From Lytechinus pictus (taxonomy: Eukaryota), in contig NC_087252.1 in the NCBI RefSeq assembly GCF_037042905.1, positions 7,566,001 through 7,630,000 on the forward strand: a stretch of 64,000 bases of DNA. The letters run 5' to 3'. How positions within the stretch are numbered: position 1 is the stretch's first letter; every line of letters starts with the position of its first letter. The translations under genes and the position numbers were made by a program. The notes under the pieces were generated by a model. It was not told the origin of the DNA. It searched no databases and saw nothing but the letters and a program-made list of their open reading frames with translations. Positions 1 through 12,542 of this stretch are shown piece after piece.

Positions 1-35
1 GTTTCATCCGAGTACAGGGCCATATGGGTTAACAG

Positions 36-250
36 CATAGGCGGCGGAAGCGGGGGGGGGGGGACGTGTCTTAGGTGGGGGACGGTCCCCCCTAAATCTT
101 TTGTTGATAACCTTTTTTTTTTTTTTTTTGCTTGTCAATTTTTTTTCCTGCGTCCCCCCTAAAATTTTAGGTTGATAACCTTTTTTTTTTTTTTGCTTGT
201 CAACAAAATTTTGTGGTCCCCCCTAAAAATTTTCGCTTCCGCCGCCAATG
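36..250. mobile_element. hAT-type MITE
   Basis: TIRs CATAGGCGGCGGAAGCG / CGCTTCCGCCGCCAATG. Exact 8-bp TSD GTTAACAG at 28-35 and 251-258. Confidence 0.85.
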
Positions 251-611
251 GTTAACAGTGCTTCTCAGCCAATCAGAATCAAGGAAAGTTATCATATCTG
301 ACAACATATCGGACAATTAAATTTAATGTTGATGCATGAAACCGTCACGCTCCCGTGGTAATTGGCCTCGCCAGACGTTCCCGCTCTAAAAAAGGCATAC
401 TGGGGCTGGGGATCAAGAATGGGGAGATATGGCACTTTTTAATCATCGGGAAAGAATCCTTGTAACTTTTAATTTTTGTCAAACTAGGTTAAAATCACGA
501 AAATCTAGATACTTATTTGGTGATACCCTAGCTATATCATTATGCTTTGTCGTGTAGATCATTTTTGAAAAGGTTCATGGCCTACACCCCAGAGTTAATG
601 GTATTACTTAA

Positions 612-1203
612 AGAACAAGTCCACCGGCCCAACAAAAAGTTGATTTTAATAAAAAGAGAAAAATCCAACAAGCATAACACAAAAAATTTCATCAAAATCG
701 GATCTAAATAAGAAAGTTATGACATTTTAAAGTTCCGCTTTAATTTAATTTACAAAACAGTTATATGCACATGCTGGTCGGTATGCAAATGAGGAGAATG
801 ATAACGTCATCCACTCACTATTTCTTATGATATATGAAATATTCTAATTTTCTCCACATTGTCAAGTAAAAAAAACATTAATTCCTTCCTGAAAATATGG
901 AATTAGCATTGTTTAATATACTATATGGTTCAGTCAAGTTGGCCCTAATTCTTGTCAAATCTGAAAAAAATGAAATATTGTATAATTCAAACAATAAAAA
1001 AAACAAAAGAAAGTGAGGGACATCATCGATTGTCTCATTTGCATGTCACTGCTATGCACATATCACTGTTTTGTGAAAAATTAGCGAAACTTTAAAATGT
1101 CATAACTTTCTTATTTTACATCAGAGTTTGATGAAATTTTCAGCGTTATGCTATAGTTTGGTTTATTTATTCAAATCATTTTTTTCTGGGGTGGACTTGA
1201 CCT
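612..1203. mobile_element. TTAA-flanked non-autonomous DNA transposon (Kolobok-like)
   Basis: Ends AGAACAAGTCCACC ... GGTGGACTTGACCT, with TTAA on both sides. Confidence 0.7.
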
Positions 1204-2616
1204 TTAAACGTACTGTGAAGACATGGGACAGCATGGGAAGAAATGTGTCACATCTCCCCTATTTATTTGTATCTCCTAAAAAAGAAGAAGTAGAGGTGTG
1301 TAATAAGGCCCTACCCCTGGATGGTTGGATACCCTATCCTGTTGTTCTTTCCTACCTCTCTCTCTCAGTCCCGGTCTCAGTCCATTCACCTCCATCTCCT
1401 ATACCGGCACCCTATATCTCCTTCTCGATCTCCTACCCCCTCGTGTCATTTTCATCCCCTTTCTCTAGTCTCTTTAGGACTGACTTTAATACTTTACATT
1501 TTCATCGGGGGCGGGAGTTTATAGGGGCGAGACGCATGAAGTCTTTTTTATCCATTGAATGATAGTTTACACCACTCAGAGCTATTTTTATACTCTTAAT
1601 AATTTCTTCTCTTTTTCTCATAGGGAGGCAAAGGCAGATGTTGCCTCGGGGTTCCGTTTCATAAAGACTTGTTATATTAACATACAAATGTACCATTTCT
1701 ATATTAACAAGTTTACTACTAGTATGAGCGAATCAAACTGATAAATTTCAGTAAACTGTTATTGGAAATTTTTAACTGCAAAAAGCGCTTTCTCCCACCC
1801 CTACCACTCCCCTCTCTTTGCTTCCCTTTTTATTTATACCCCAATGCCCCTCCCCCCTCTTTCTTTATTCGTCATATCTCCTGTGGTCCATTTTTATATA
1901 TATCTTGGTCCTTTTCTCTTATGTCTCTCTCTCTCTCTCTCTCTCCCCCAACCCTCTGTCTGTCTTCCACCCCCCTCTCTCTCTCTCTCTATAACCTCCC
2001 AAGTTCTTCTTTTCTCTCTCATCACTGCTCTGTTTCCCCTTTAAGCCCATACTATCATTAAATGCACTTTCTGAAACATAATTTATCATTGCTTTATTTC
2101 ATGTTTATACAAACCATGATGTGCACAAATATCTTAAACCACATACCAGTACAATGACTATCAGTTTGCACAATAATTAAATTAAAAATCTAATAATTTT
2201 TACATCTAATAATGAATATGACAAAACTAATACATGTGTACTACATAGACATTGAATTCATTTGTGACAGCTGTAGGTTTTACGTCAATACAAATGCACA
2301 TGTACATTTTTTTTCAAATATATATTTCATATTTCAAAATACATAGAAACTCAATTTTAATGTCAAACACATAGTTTAAAACCTCTATCAGTGTTATGTG
2401 ATGTAGACTATCTTCATAAATTCCTATCAATATCAATATTTGAAAATCATGATGCTTAGCATGAATTACAATTTCTCCCTTTTTTAATGAGGCTGGCATC
2501 AATCAGTGATCATTTTGTTCCTTAGCAACATATTCCTGGTATGAAGCCTACTTTTACAAATTTTTCTTGTCCTATCTATTGGGTATATTTTGAGACTATA
2601 TTATCAACAAGTTGTA

Positions 2617-3131
2617 AAGTGCATCCCAGAAAAAAGGAAACCAGGATTCCCATCTTTTTTTTATTCAGAGGCATAATTATGAAATATGATATCTAATTTA
2701 CATAATCATATCATTCAATTATTTCTCTTTATTTTGATACCTAAGATGTGATGAACACCTCACGCATTAATGAGCAAATAAACGAGGTGGAAATGTTAAT
2801 GTCAAAACCAGGATGCGCAAAAAAATTTGACAAGATTGGTTTGTGAAACGACGATTGGCTCATTAGCATTTCTTTTGTATTCTTTAAGATTCTCTCACTG
2901 ATCCCTGAAATGAGAACAGATTCAGATTCACGAGTTAGTTTCTGCGCAAATCGTTTCTGATATGCCTCACTATTTATTATTTGTAATCTGCCATGCGTGA
3001 ACGATTTGCTAAGCTGTTGGTTTCAAATTAGAGATGAGATTCCACTCTTGCCACGAGTATCAAACTTAAAGTAAAAAACATATTCAATAATATATTTCTG
3101 AACATGGTTTCCTTTTTTGTGGGACGTACTG
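2617..3131. mobile_element. Tc1/mariner-type MITE
   Basis: Imperfect TIRs aagtgcatcccagaaaaaaggaaacca / tggtttccttttttgtgggacgtactg, flanked by TA. Confidence 0.65.
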
Positions 3132-5136
3132 TAATATTAGTCAGTACTGTATGTGGATGTTTTCACAGTAGTCAAATTGGCAATTTACCCCTACATGTAA
3201 TATCCATACTTGTTTTAACACAATATATTCAGAATTTAGAAATAAGTTGTGCTATATAAATTCTATATATATCATAATTCAAAACCATTTTATATAACTC
3301 TTCTCTTAACCTATTGGAGACAGAGTCTCCATATATAGACTTCAACAAATTTGATTTGATTGTATGTTACCAGATTTCGTTTGATATCAGAGCAAGTTAA
3401 TAATCATTAGATAATCCCAAGATTTAAATAATTGAATTCCACTCATTACATGAAATATAATACAGTGAGATATAAATATTAAATATATCAGCATTATACA
3501 AACAAGAAAATACATACATGTAGATGCAAAATGCTCAATAAATGGAAATGGAAAATACAAAAAAAATACACAGATGTAAAAAAAAAGTAAATAAATAAGA
3601 AATCTATCTTTTGTATTTGTTGTTCATTTATCTATCATGATTATCATTCTATCATGACTATCATTCTATCATGATTATCATTCTAAAGTATTCTAATCAA
3701 CACTAATTTTACTGTTGTCATGATCATCAGTTGTCTCTACTAGAATTGACACTATTATCATGCTATCAGCAAGAGCAGTATCCTTCATCATCATCGTCAT
3801 AGGTCGACATATATTGTTACCATTGTCGTTGACATCATCAATCAATAACATCATTACAGACGATGGAATCTATCAATTATGTCATAATTATTTTCATGAT
3901 TATCATTTAATATATCAATCACCATGAACTTCATCATCATCATCAACATAATAAGTAGTAAATAAGCTTTACAGATCAGACCAGAATCACTTCCACAAGC
4001 ATGCACATAAACATAAATCTAGTACAGTAGACTGAATACGTCAATATTCCGTAAGTCGAATAATCGCCTAACTTATTATTTCAGATCTGGGCCCCGTCTG
4101 ACAAGAGTTGCGATTGATCTAATCAACCATAACTACGGAAAGCCAGCAATACCGACAGCAGTCCATGTTTGCTTGAAATATTTTCTAGATATGGGGTAAA
4201 TTCATACATTAATTGATTTCTTGAAAATTCAGTGTTTCTCTTTGCTGAAAAAGGACATTGTGCCAATTTTTTTTTTTATAGAAAAAATAATGACATCAAT
4301 GGATTTCCATATACCGGTACTAAGGTTGATCAAATCAATCGTTACTCTTGCAGAGTTAGCTGTACTCATCCTTCAATCTTACATGTTAACAGTATGGAAG
4401 AGAACCCAAGTAAAAAGGACTAATTTTTTTCCTCCCGATTTTCACACTAGTGACAATATCCAGTCACACGAAATGGGTATTACATACGGATAAAAGAAAA
4501 AAAAAGAAAACATGCTAAAGCAGCTTTTTGTACGCAATTGAGCTTTCTTGCAATATGAATTGCTAACATTGCATTTTGGAAATTTTGCAAATTATTGTGC
4601 TCTACGACAAAAAATACCAGATGCTTAGTTTCAGATAAACTACAAATTTGAATTCATTACCGTATAAAATAAAAATTATCACATAAATGATACATGTTGT
4701 GTAAAATTGAAAGCTATGATTTAAATAACGAGGATGAAGGCGACAGATCAAATACCTTGATATAAAGTAGCCATTTTCCTCCTGTTTTAGTATGACCGTA
4801 GGAAACCCATCAAAAGTATGAAATGGGAAGAAAATTTAGAATACAATTTTTTTCAGTATTTATATTTTTCTGCCATATTCATTAATTCAAACAGATATTT
4901 CAAAGGGCCTTTTCTAAAAAATAAAAAAAAAAGAGTATCAAATATCAACTACCACTGGTAAAGTCATTTTTATTACAAAATCATCCACATATACATACAG
5001 ACACTACACATTTGGGAGATTTAAATATCAGAAGAAAATATTACAAAAATTACAGACTTGCCAAGAAAGGGCTCTCTATGCGACTTAATTAAAGAATTCA
5101 ATTCAATTAATTCTCATGATTGAATCATTACAAGAA

Positions 5137-8100
5137 CTACATGCACGGCTGTTGCTGCATATGTACTGGTATCTGGGGTTGGTCCTCCCCTTCTAAGCGA
5201 TGCTTAGCCATGTGATGATTGTATTGATGATTCAAGGCAAAGCTTTTACCACAGATTCCACAGGAGAAGGGTTTGACCTTAATATGCATGGCTTGCTTGT
5301 GCGCAGCAAGCGAAGTGCTTGACGTGAAACCCTTCCCACAATCCAGGCAAACATACTGCCTGATACCCTTGTGGCGCCTTTCATGGACCTTCCAGTCACA
5401 CTTGTCGGCAAAGCCTTTGTCACAGAAGGTGCAGATGAAGCGCTTCGGGCGCTCACTGTGTATGCGTCTCTTGTGCTTAAGAGCCAACTTCCTAGTTCTG
5501 AATCCCCGGTCGCAGACGTCACATTTGAACGGTTTGAGCCCTGTGTGTTCTCCTCGATGGTTGTTGAGGGCGCTCTCTGAAGCAAAACTTTTCGGACATT
5601 CTGAGCATGGATACATGTTCACATATTTATGCAGCACAAGGTGGTCTTTGAGACGACTGACGGTGCTAAATACCTTAGTACAATAGCTACATTTGAAATC
5701 TCCCTCCCCTTTGTGGACTTCCCTTTCATGGCGCTCAGCTACCGATTTCGAAGTGTATCTGTTTGAGCAGAAGCGACATTTATAAGGACGTTGGTAATAA
5801 TCAGTAGGTCTACCAAGCATATCCTTAGGCTCATCAGCTGTTGGTTCCGAGGGTTGAATGCCAGGGGGTTTCCGGCTCTTTCTTGAACGGGCATCAGTCG
5901 TTCCAGCTGGATTGGGCTCTGCTGCACCTGATGATTTAAATGCTTGGTGTGTTTGCTCATGTTTAACACAATCTTTCTTGCTTGGGAACCTTTCCCAGCA
6001 GTATTCACAGCGATGCCCATGAGCCCTCCTCTCGTGGCGATTAAGCGAACGCACGCATTTGTAAACTTTATTACATTCACTGCATCCAAACATTTTATTT
6101 GCATGCTCTTTGAAAGGGTCTGTAGGATCTTTCTCAATTTCTGTAGATGCCTCCTTTTTCTCGTGGAATAACTCATGAGCCTTTAGTCTTCCGAAAGAAG
6201 GGAAGGTCTTCTGACAAGTTTCACACTTGAATTCTGAATCGTCCTGATCATTGACTTTCAGCTGACTTCCTAGTTGCTGTTTGGAACCGACTTCAATCGC
6301 CACAAATTTCCTTTTCTTCTTTTTCTTCCAAGTAACCACTGGGACCATCTCTTCCGGTTTGCCATGGTTGTGTTCACATCTGATATGTCTCAGGGTTAAT
6401 TTGGGGGATGTGAACATGTCCTCACACAGGCTACATTGGAACTTTTGCGAATCTGAAAATTGAAAAACATACATTTTAACATTCTCTAGAGAATTCTTAT
6501 TTGTCATTATTTTGGTGTCCAGCAAGGCTCGGTACTAGGTACACACATGTTCCATGAAATACCACATTACTACATGTGGACCAGTTCAAGAAACTTTCGG
6601 ATAAACTTTGACTTAGTGGCCAACAATGACATCTCGGGAACCAGGTTAGGAAATAATTTTCATTTTTAGGGGCTATCTTTCTCTTCCACATAGGGGCACT
6701 TGTAGAATTTCAGGGGGCTATTTTTTTTTTCATTTGAAGGGCTTCTTTTTAGGAGTAAAAAGCAATTGTGCAGTAAAAGTTATTATCATTATTCTGCCAT
6801 GATTAAAATATTGATTTTCGAAATGATCTTGATTTTTTTTTCTGTAACAGATCTTGGGGCGACTCTAGAAAGAATGGTCGCCCCAAAGCATGCATTTTGG
6901 GGGAATTTTAGGGGGTGATTTAGGCTGTCATGAGGGGGATATTGCCCAACGCCCTCATGTATTTTCTGTCGGGAAGAAAATTTTGCTGCACATTGTAACT
7001 GTAAGGAAAAGGCGCGATATCAAATACTCATTGCATTGGATTGGATCACTAATTCCCTATATTCATTACCATACAAGTCAAATGAACCTTCAGTGGTGCT
7101 AGAAAGTTAGTGAACCTCACCACAAAATACACTCCGTCATGCTGAGTGGTGAATCAAACAACACCAATGCAATGTCCAGCGATCCCAAAGAAACAATCCT
7201 TATTGAATGTAATATTTTATTACCTGACTTCACAACCAAATATCTATAACATGACAGAAATTTAAGTCTTTAAAATAAGTTCATTTTCAGGTGGGGTTCA
7301 CTAGCTTTTTAGTGCCACTGTATGTATAAAATTCAAGCATAGTAAGCGTAGTAAGTGTCCAATTCTCGGTACCCCAAATAGCGATTTCGCCGAGATCCGG
7401 GAAAATCCCTGTAACGTGCATTGCATTATGGGATAGCTTTTTCGGTATTACAACTTCCTGTTCGGAAGTCCAACGCACTGTTTTGCCATTTAGATCAACA
7501 GTGCCGTCATGCACAACAACACAACGTAGCTTTCGCTCGGAAAGTTCGTGATCACAACCCTCTCTTTCACTAACAGTTTTACAGCCTTTTCTGCTAAAGT
7601 CACTAATTCTGCCTGACGCTTTCCATTGCACGGTATTCATCTGTCAGTTAAGATTTTTTTAAGTTCCGAAACTGATTTTTATCCATTTTGTGGTCGACGA
7701 AAAATTGAACGAAATGAATGCTGAATATATTTAGTGTCTAGTTGAATACGATCGTGATGTCAGGCCGGTCGCTAAATGCAAAATTTTAAGATATTCATTA
7801 TTTGTTTGATTTTTTTATAACCAAATAAAAACATGAATAAAAATTATTCTCACGTGAAATATATTTTTAATTTTTATTTATAATTCAAATGGAATCAAAA
7901 CTGACCAAATGTAAAACAAAGTATTATACTCTGTACATATTACGCTGATTGGCATCGATTTCAGCGTGGTGGAAAACTCAGTATCGCGAACCTCGCGCGA
8001 GCATGACTCTAAACCGGAAGTGGTGATGACGACCCGACGGAGTGAAAATTATCTCGTCTCGCGCATTATGAGATTTTTGTTCCTATTCGGGGTAGCGAGA

Positions 8101-11100
8101 ATTACCTTCATGAAACTTCAGATCTTCCAGTGCCATCTCGATACCAACACACTTCCCATAATCCTTGCTATAGTACACTCTCAGTTCACTTCCTGGGTCG
8201 ATGACCTTTGTGGTTCTGAAGTAGATATCGCCGCAGTACTGATACGCCTCTATGTTTTGCTCCTCATCGCTGTGTGCAAACCTCAGATGAGACATCCAAG
8301 TCTTCCGCCCATCGATGTAGAAGAAAACTTTCCCTGTAATACAAAGCTATAATTGAAACAAAAATTATGAGGGTGTTGCAATAAAGTTATTTGTCATTGA
8401 TTACAAATAATAGTTACAATTACAATTTTACAAGTAATAGATAATTGTCATTTTCTGATTCAAGAAGCAGTTTAGCATAAAATCACAAGATTTACTTGTG
8501 TGATTTACTCGGGACATAAAATTGACATACTATCCTTATCTTTAATAGATTGCAATGCACCTCCTTTAAGAGTTTTGTTACCGAATAGATCAAAATTGAT
8601 AGATTGTCTTTCAAGAAAATTACCCGGATACAACATGATTCAAACTACTTCTTGTATACCCAGGTTATTAAAGTATTTCTTCACTGACGCCCATATTTGA
8701 AGCGATAGCACTGTCAACAGAAGAGATCGTGGTGGGGGGGTTGGGGGGTCTGGGAGCTCCGCATTACCCCTGTCTGTCAAAACTACCATAATAGTCCATC
8801 CTAGTGAGGGATAAGGTTACTGTATGCATCCAGTCCGCTGAGTATGCACAAAAACAAATGCTTACCTCCCACGTTGTTTCTCTGGCAAAACCCTGTTCCT
8901 CGTTCATCAAGATTCCTACGTAGGGTCCAAACTCTGTACCCTTCTCTATCATTTCCTTGGCGACCACTCCATCCACTTTGTCCTGTAATGGCGCCCTTAG
9001 CTCGAGGGATGGCAGTAGATCTGTTACGGAGCTGATCTTTTTCAGATTGAGAGCTGCAAGCAGCTGTGGTTCCTCGGTAGAACTACTTGGAGATTGTGGT
9101 GATGGCCTGGCCTCCTCCTCTTTATCTCCTCTGGACTGCACTTGTTTAGAGCTAGATGCAGTATCTGGTTCGGATATATGAAAGTAATGGAAAACATGGA
9201 AATATTCATTGTGGGCTTTATCAGATTGATTTTTATGTTTTGGAAGAATAACATGGAATGTTGGTCAAACGCATGATTGTTCAACTGCTCTCAAACTAAA
9301 AAAATACAGCAAATAAGAGGCAGCACACAGATATTGCTGGGTTGACAATTTGGGTCCAGTCCCATGCATGAAAATCTGTGTGCAATGAATGTGATCTTTG
9401 GAAGAATCAAATGAATTTGTTATAATTTTAGGAAAAGTGGCGGCAAAATTTTGTAGATTACATTCTTTATAACATAAAAAAACATGGAGGCAATTTCCAT
9501 TGGGAATGTCCGTTCAGAGTCCACCCCCCCCCCCACCACAGTCAGAGAGATGCTGGAAATAGTCTAGTACAGTAACGGTTAATCCAATCGAGACTGAGCT
9601 CGCATAAAAGCAAGCTGGAGTCGAAAACATGTGTTACAGTGAAATCATTTAGTCTCCAACGGGTTAAGACAAGTGTTGGGTATCACCATTACACTCACAC
9701 AGATAAACACCAGGGGAGCGTTTCATGAAAGGACTTGTCAGACGTTTTATCCGACAAGTCCCATTTTATCCGACAGTTACCATAGTAACAGCCAATCAAA
9801 ATCCAGAAAAGTTGTCAGATCTGACATTTTGTCGGACAAAAATGTTGATGAAACGCCCCCCTGGTATCTATCAAAACCTGACCAAAAATCAGATTGCCTG
9901 ATATAGCAAGCCTATCTCTCTATCAACACAACTCACCATGGTCCTGAGATGTAGCGCCCTCTAGTGGCTGTTTACGTGTAGGCACAAGTCGAATATGCTT
10001 CTCTTCAGCCGTTCCGCGAATCTTGGTGATCATAGTCACGTCCGAACTACTGCTGGTAACTGACCCACTAGTTGTAGTAGCTGGAATGCTGTTTGCTGGA
10101 GATAATAAGGTTCAAGAATTTTGTGGATGATGTATGGAAATGAGAATCAAGGATGCAACCTAAAATTGAAAATTATACGCAAATCCACACACAAGAATTG
10201 TGTTTTCTATGGCTGAAAATAAGTCAGAACTCTTAATTCAGTCTAAAATGTGGTATAACTGCAAAAAGTGAAAACAAAAAGTTCCTCACCGAGTCCCCAT
10301 TGTCCCTTTCTGAAATCAGGGACAAATTCATTATTATGACAGGTTTAAATAACAAGAGGGTTGTAAACCTCTTATCTGATGTGGTGGAGAGCTCATCTGT
10401 AATCAGCATCAAATCAAACTTGTTGAAATTTGGGAACTCATGAAAAGAGACATTTGACCTAGATGAAAGTTTCACTTGTCCATGTTCAAATGCTGTACAA
10501 TGCCATTAAAACAGGGTTTCAGAACCCTTCATGAGAAGTCAACAAGAGGCTAATAAGATTGTAACTATAATAATAATAATAATAATAATAATCATAATGA
10601 TAATGATAATCATAATGATAATGATAATAATCATAACATGCATCATTCTTAGTGCTTAACACAATGTGTCTAATTACTGCATACTATTACTTTACTAATA
10701 ATATTGCATACTATTACTTTAAATGCCTACATCTAAGGTATTATCCAAGGTATGAATTTATCTTAACCTTTACCTGTAGTAGGTGGAATGTTGCTCTCTA
10801 ATGACTCGTGAGTTGCAGTCAGTGGAATGGCGGTATCCGGAGAAATGTCACGATTAGTGGAGGCTGATCCGAGCGTGGTGGTTGGTAAGTTGGTCGTTTC
10901 CGCAACTGGTTCTCGAGTTGTGACTGCCATACTACTTCTCTCTACGACCGGTTCTTGGGCTGTGAGAGGTGGCGTAAAATTCCCTTGAAGACCGGGATAC
11001 TTGACCCCATGTCCTCCGTATGCGATTGGTCGTTGAGGAAGGGTGTGATGCAAATGGTTTGCCGATGAGTGCCCAGAATCTATTATAGAGGAAATCAAAC

Positions 11101-12237
11101 AAAAATACTCAAGTGAAGTTAAAGAAAAAAAAAAGAATTTTACTTTTTTGGGAAGACTAGAATATTTTTTATTTAAAAAAAATGTTCTTTTAATATTTTA
11201 ATGAGAATCCTAAACAGAGTTGATGGACCAAACTCAAGCAGTTTGGGGTTTTAGTTTAAGATGATCCAAATCAAATGCATAAATTAGAATACAAAGTCAA
11301 GAAAATTACTCCTTGATATAACTTTGAGAGTATCTTAATATGCTATGTAGATTTTGTTTATTCAAATTATTTCTAGTTTTATCACAAACACATTGTCTTT
11401 TAACTTCATTATTATGCATAAATGGACAGACCAAGAATTTCACAGAAGGGAAATCAAAATCCTCTTAAAAGTTTCAACCTCAACCAGGAAGTACTAAAAA
11501 GCAATCAAGCATAAAAACAATAATTAGTTTAAAAGTGCAAATAATAATTACTTCTTGTAAAGCACTTTTTCAAGTTCCACATGGGGGGGGGGGGTGATTG
11601 TTTTTAAATAGAAAACAGTGGCCTAATAGATATTTTAGGATATAAGGGTAGAGGGAGAGGGTACATGTACACGCCCACAGCACTCCACCCCATCCCCATT
11701 TAAAAAATATATATATTCATAAAACCTTGTATCTCAAAATCTAAATATTTTTATGACAGCTCAGAATAAGCTAGCTTTTAGAGTTATGACATGGGTAACA
11801 ACCTTCTTTTACCTTGAAAGAGTTCTTCACATGTAGGGATCAGGAGACTGTTTTCAGACAATATGAGACTGCCACCATTGCTTTATTTTCAAAATACAGC
11901 GTTTTCTATAAAGCTGCCCTCAAAATTTTCAAATTTTGAGATACAAGGTTTCATCAGCCCAGTGATGATATGAGATCTTACCATGATAGACTGGTGTGAA
12001 CATCTGTGTGACTGTCCCTGGGTGCGGCAAGGGGAATACCCTGGTTGGCTGGTCCTCCATATAATCAGCCTGGTGTTGTGACGGTGTGTGGTATGGTATT
12101 GGCAAATCAAAAGGATAGTGGGCAACATGTTGCTGTTGCGACGGCTGTTGTGGTTGCTGTTGCGGTGGCTGCTGTTGCCTGTTTTCTTGTTGCTCCCTCT
12201 CAGGAAGGTAAAAACCGGGTGGGTAGTTGCCTTCCAT
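5137..12237 (-). CDS. PR/SET-domain C2H2 zinc-finger protein (PRDM-like), tandem copy 1, ~858 aa, 6 coding exons
   Basis: Inferred coding exons 12237-11982, 11079-10774, 10095-9937, 9164-8866, 8346-8106 and 6452-5137. All introns are GT-AG with compatible phases, totalling 2577 nt from ATG to TAG. PR motifs GVVAKEMIEKGTEFGPYVG, TWMSHLRFAHSDEEQNIEAYQ and IYFRTTKVIDPGSELRVYY. 11 C2H2 fingers in the last exon, including the post-SET finger CSLC..HIRCEH. Confidence 0.9.
7365..8099. mobile_element. Non-autonomous DNA transposon with AATT TSD (Sola-like) in intron of copy 1
   Basis: TIRs CTCGGTACCCCAAATAG / CTATTCGGGGTAGCGAG. AATT at 7361-7364 and 8100-8103. The empty site is visible in copy 2 (tgtccAATTaccttc). 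Confidence 0.85.
9711..9864. mobile_element. Short MITE (PIF/Harbinger-like)
   Basis: Ends caggggagcgtttcatgaa ... ttgatgaaacgcccccctg, with internal inverted tccgacaa/ttgtcgga repeats. Confidence 0.6.
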
Positions 12238-12365
12238 GGCTATTACTAAGTGTACATGTAGAGCGCAAGACCTGAAAATGCAAAATAATGGGGGGAAAAT
12301 TAGAGCCTACATAATCATAGTGGAAAATACTTTGGGTACTTACTACATGTACATGTACCTATTAC

Positions 12366-12542
12366 CAGGTGGGTGTTTCATAAAGCTCTTCGTAACTTAA
12401 GAGCGACTTTAAGAACGACTGGTGATCCTTTCTTGTGGTAAACGGTAGATTCATTGGCAATGGTTTAGCGCGTAAGAAAGGATCACCAATCGTTCTTAAA
12501 GTCGCTCTTAACTTACGAACAGCTTTATGAAACGGCCCCCAG
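12366..12542. mobile_element. Fold-back MITE (PIF/Harbinger-like)
   Basis: Long near-perfect inverted arms gtttcataaagc...aagagcgactttaagaacga.tggtgatcctttctt and their reverse complement. Confidence 0.75.

Noticed and set aside
5232..6176. Overlapping alternative-frame and antisense ORFs over the ZF exons (also in copies 2-4)
   Set aside because: Shadow ORFs of real coding sequence whose boundaries are not conserved across all paralogs.
6453..6525. N-terminal extensions of ZF ORFs (to 6525 in copy 1 and 34016 in copy 3) as single-exon genes
   Set aside because: They extend through the conserved 3' splice site into intron sequence and start at non-ATG codons.
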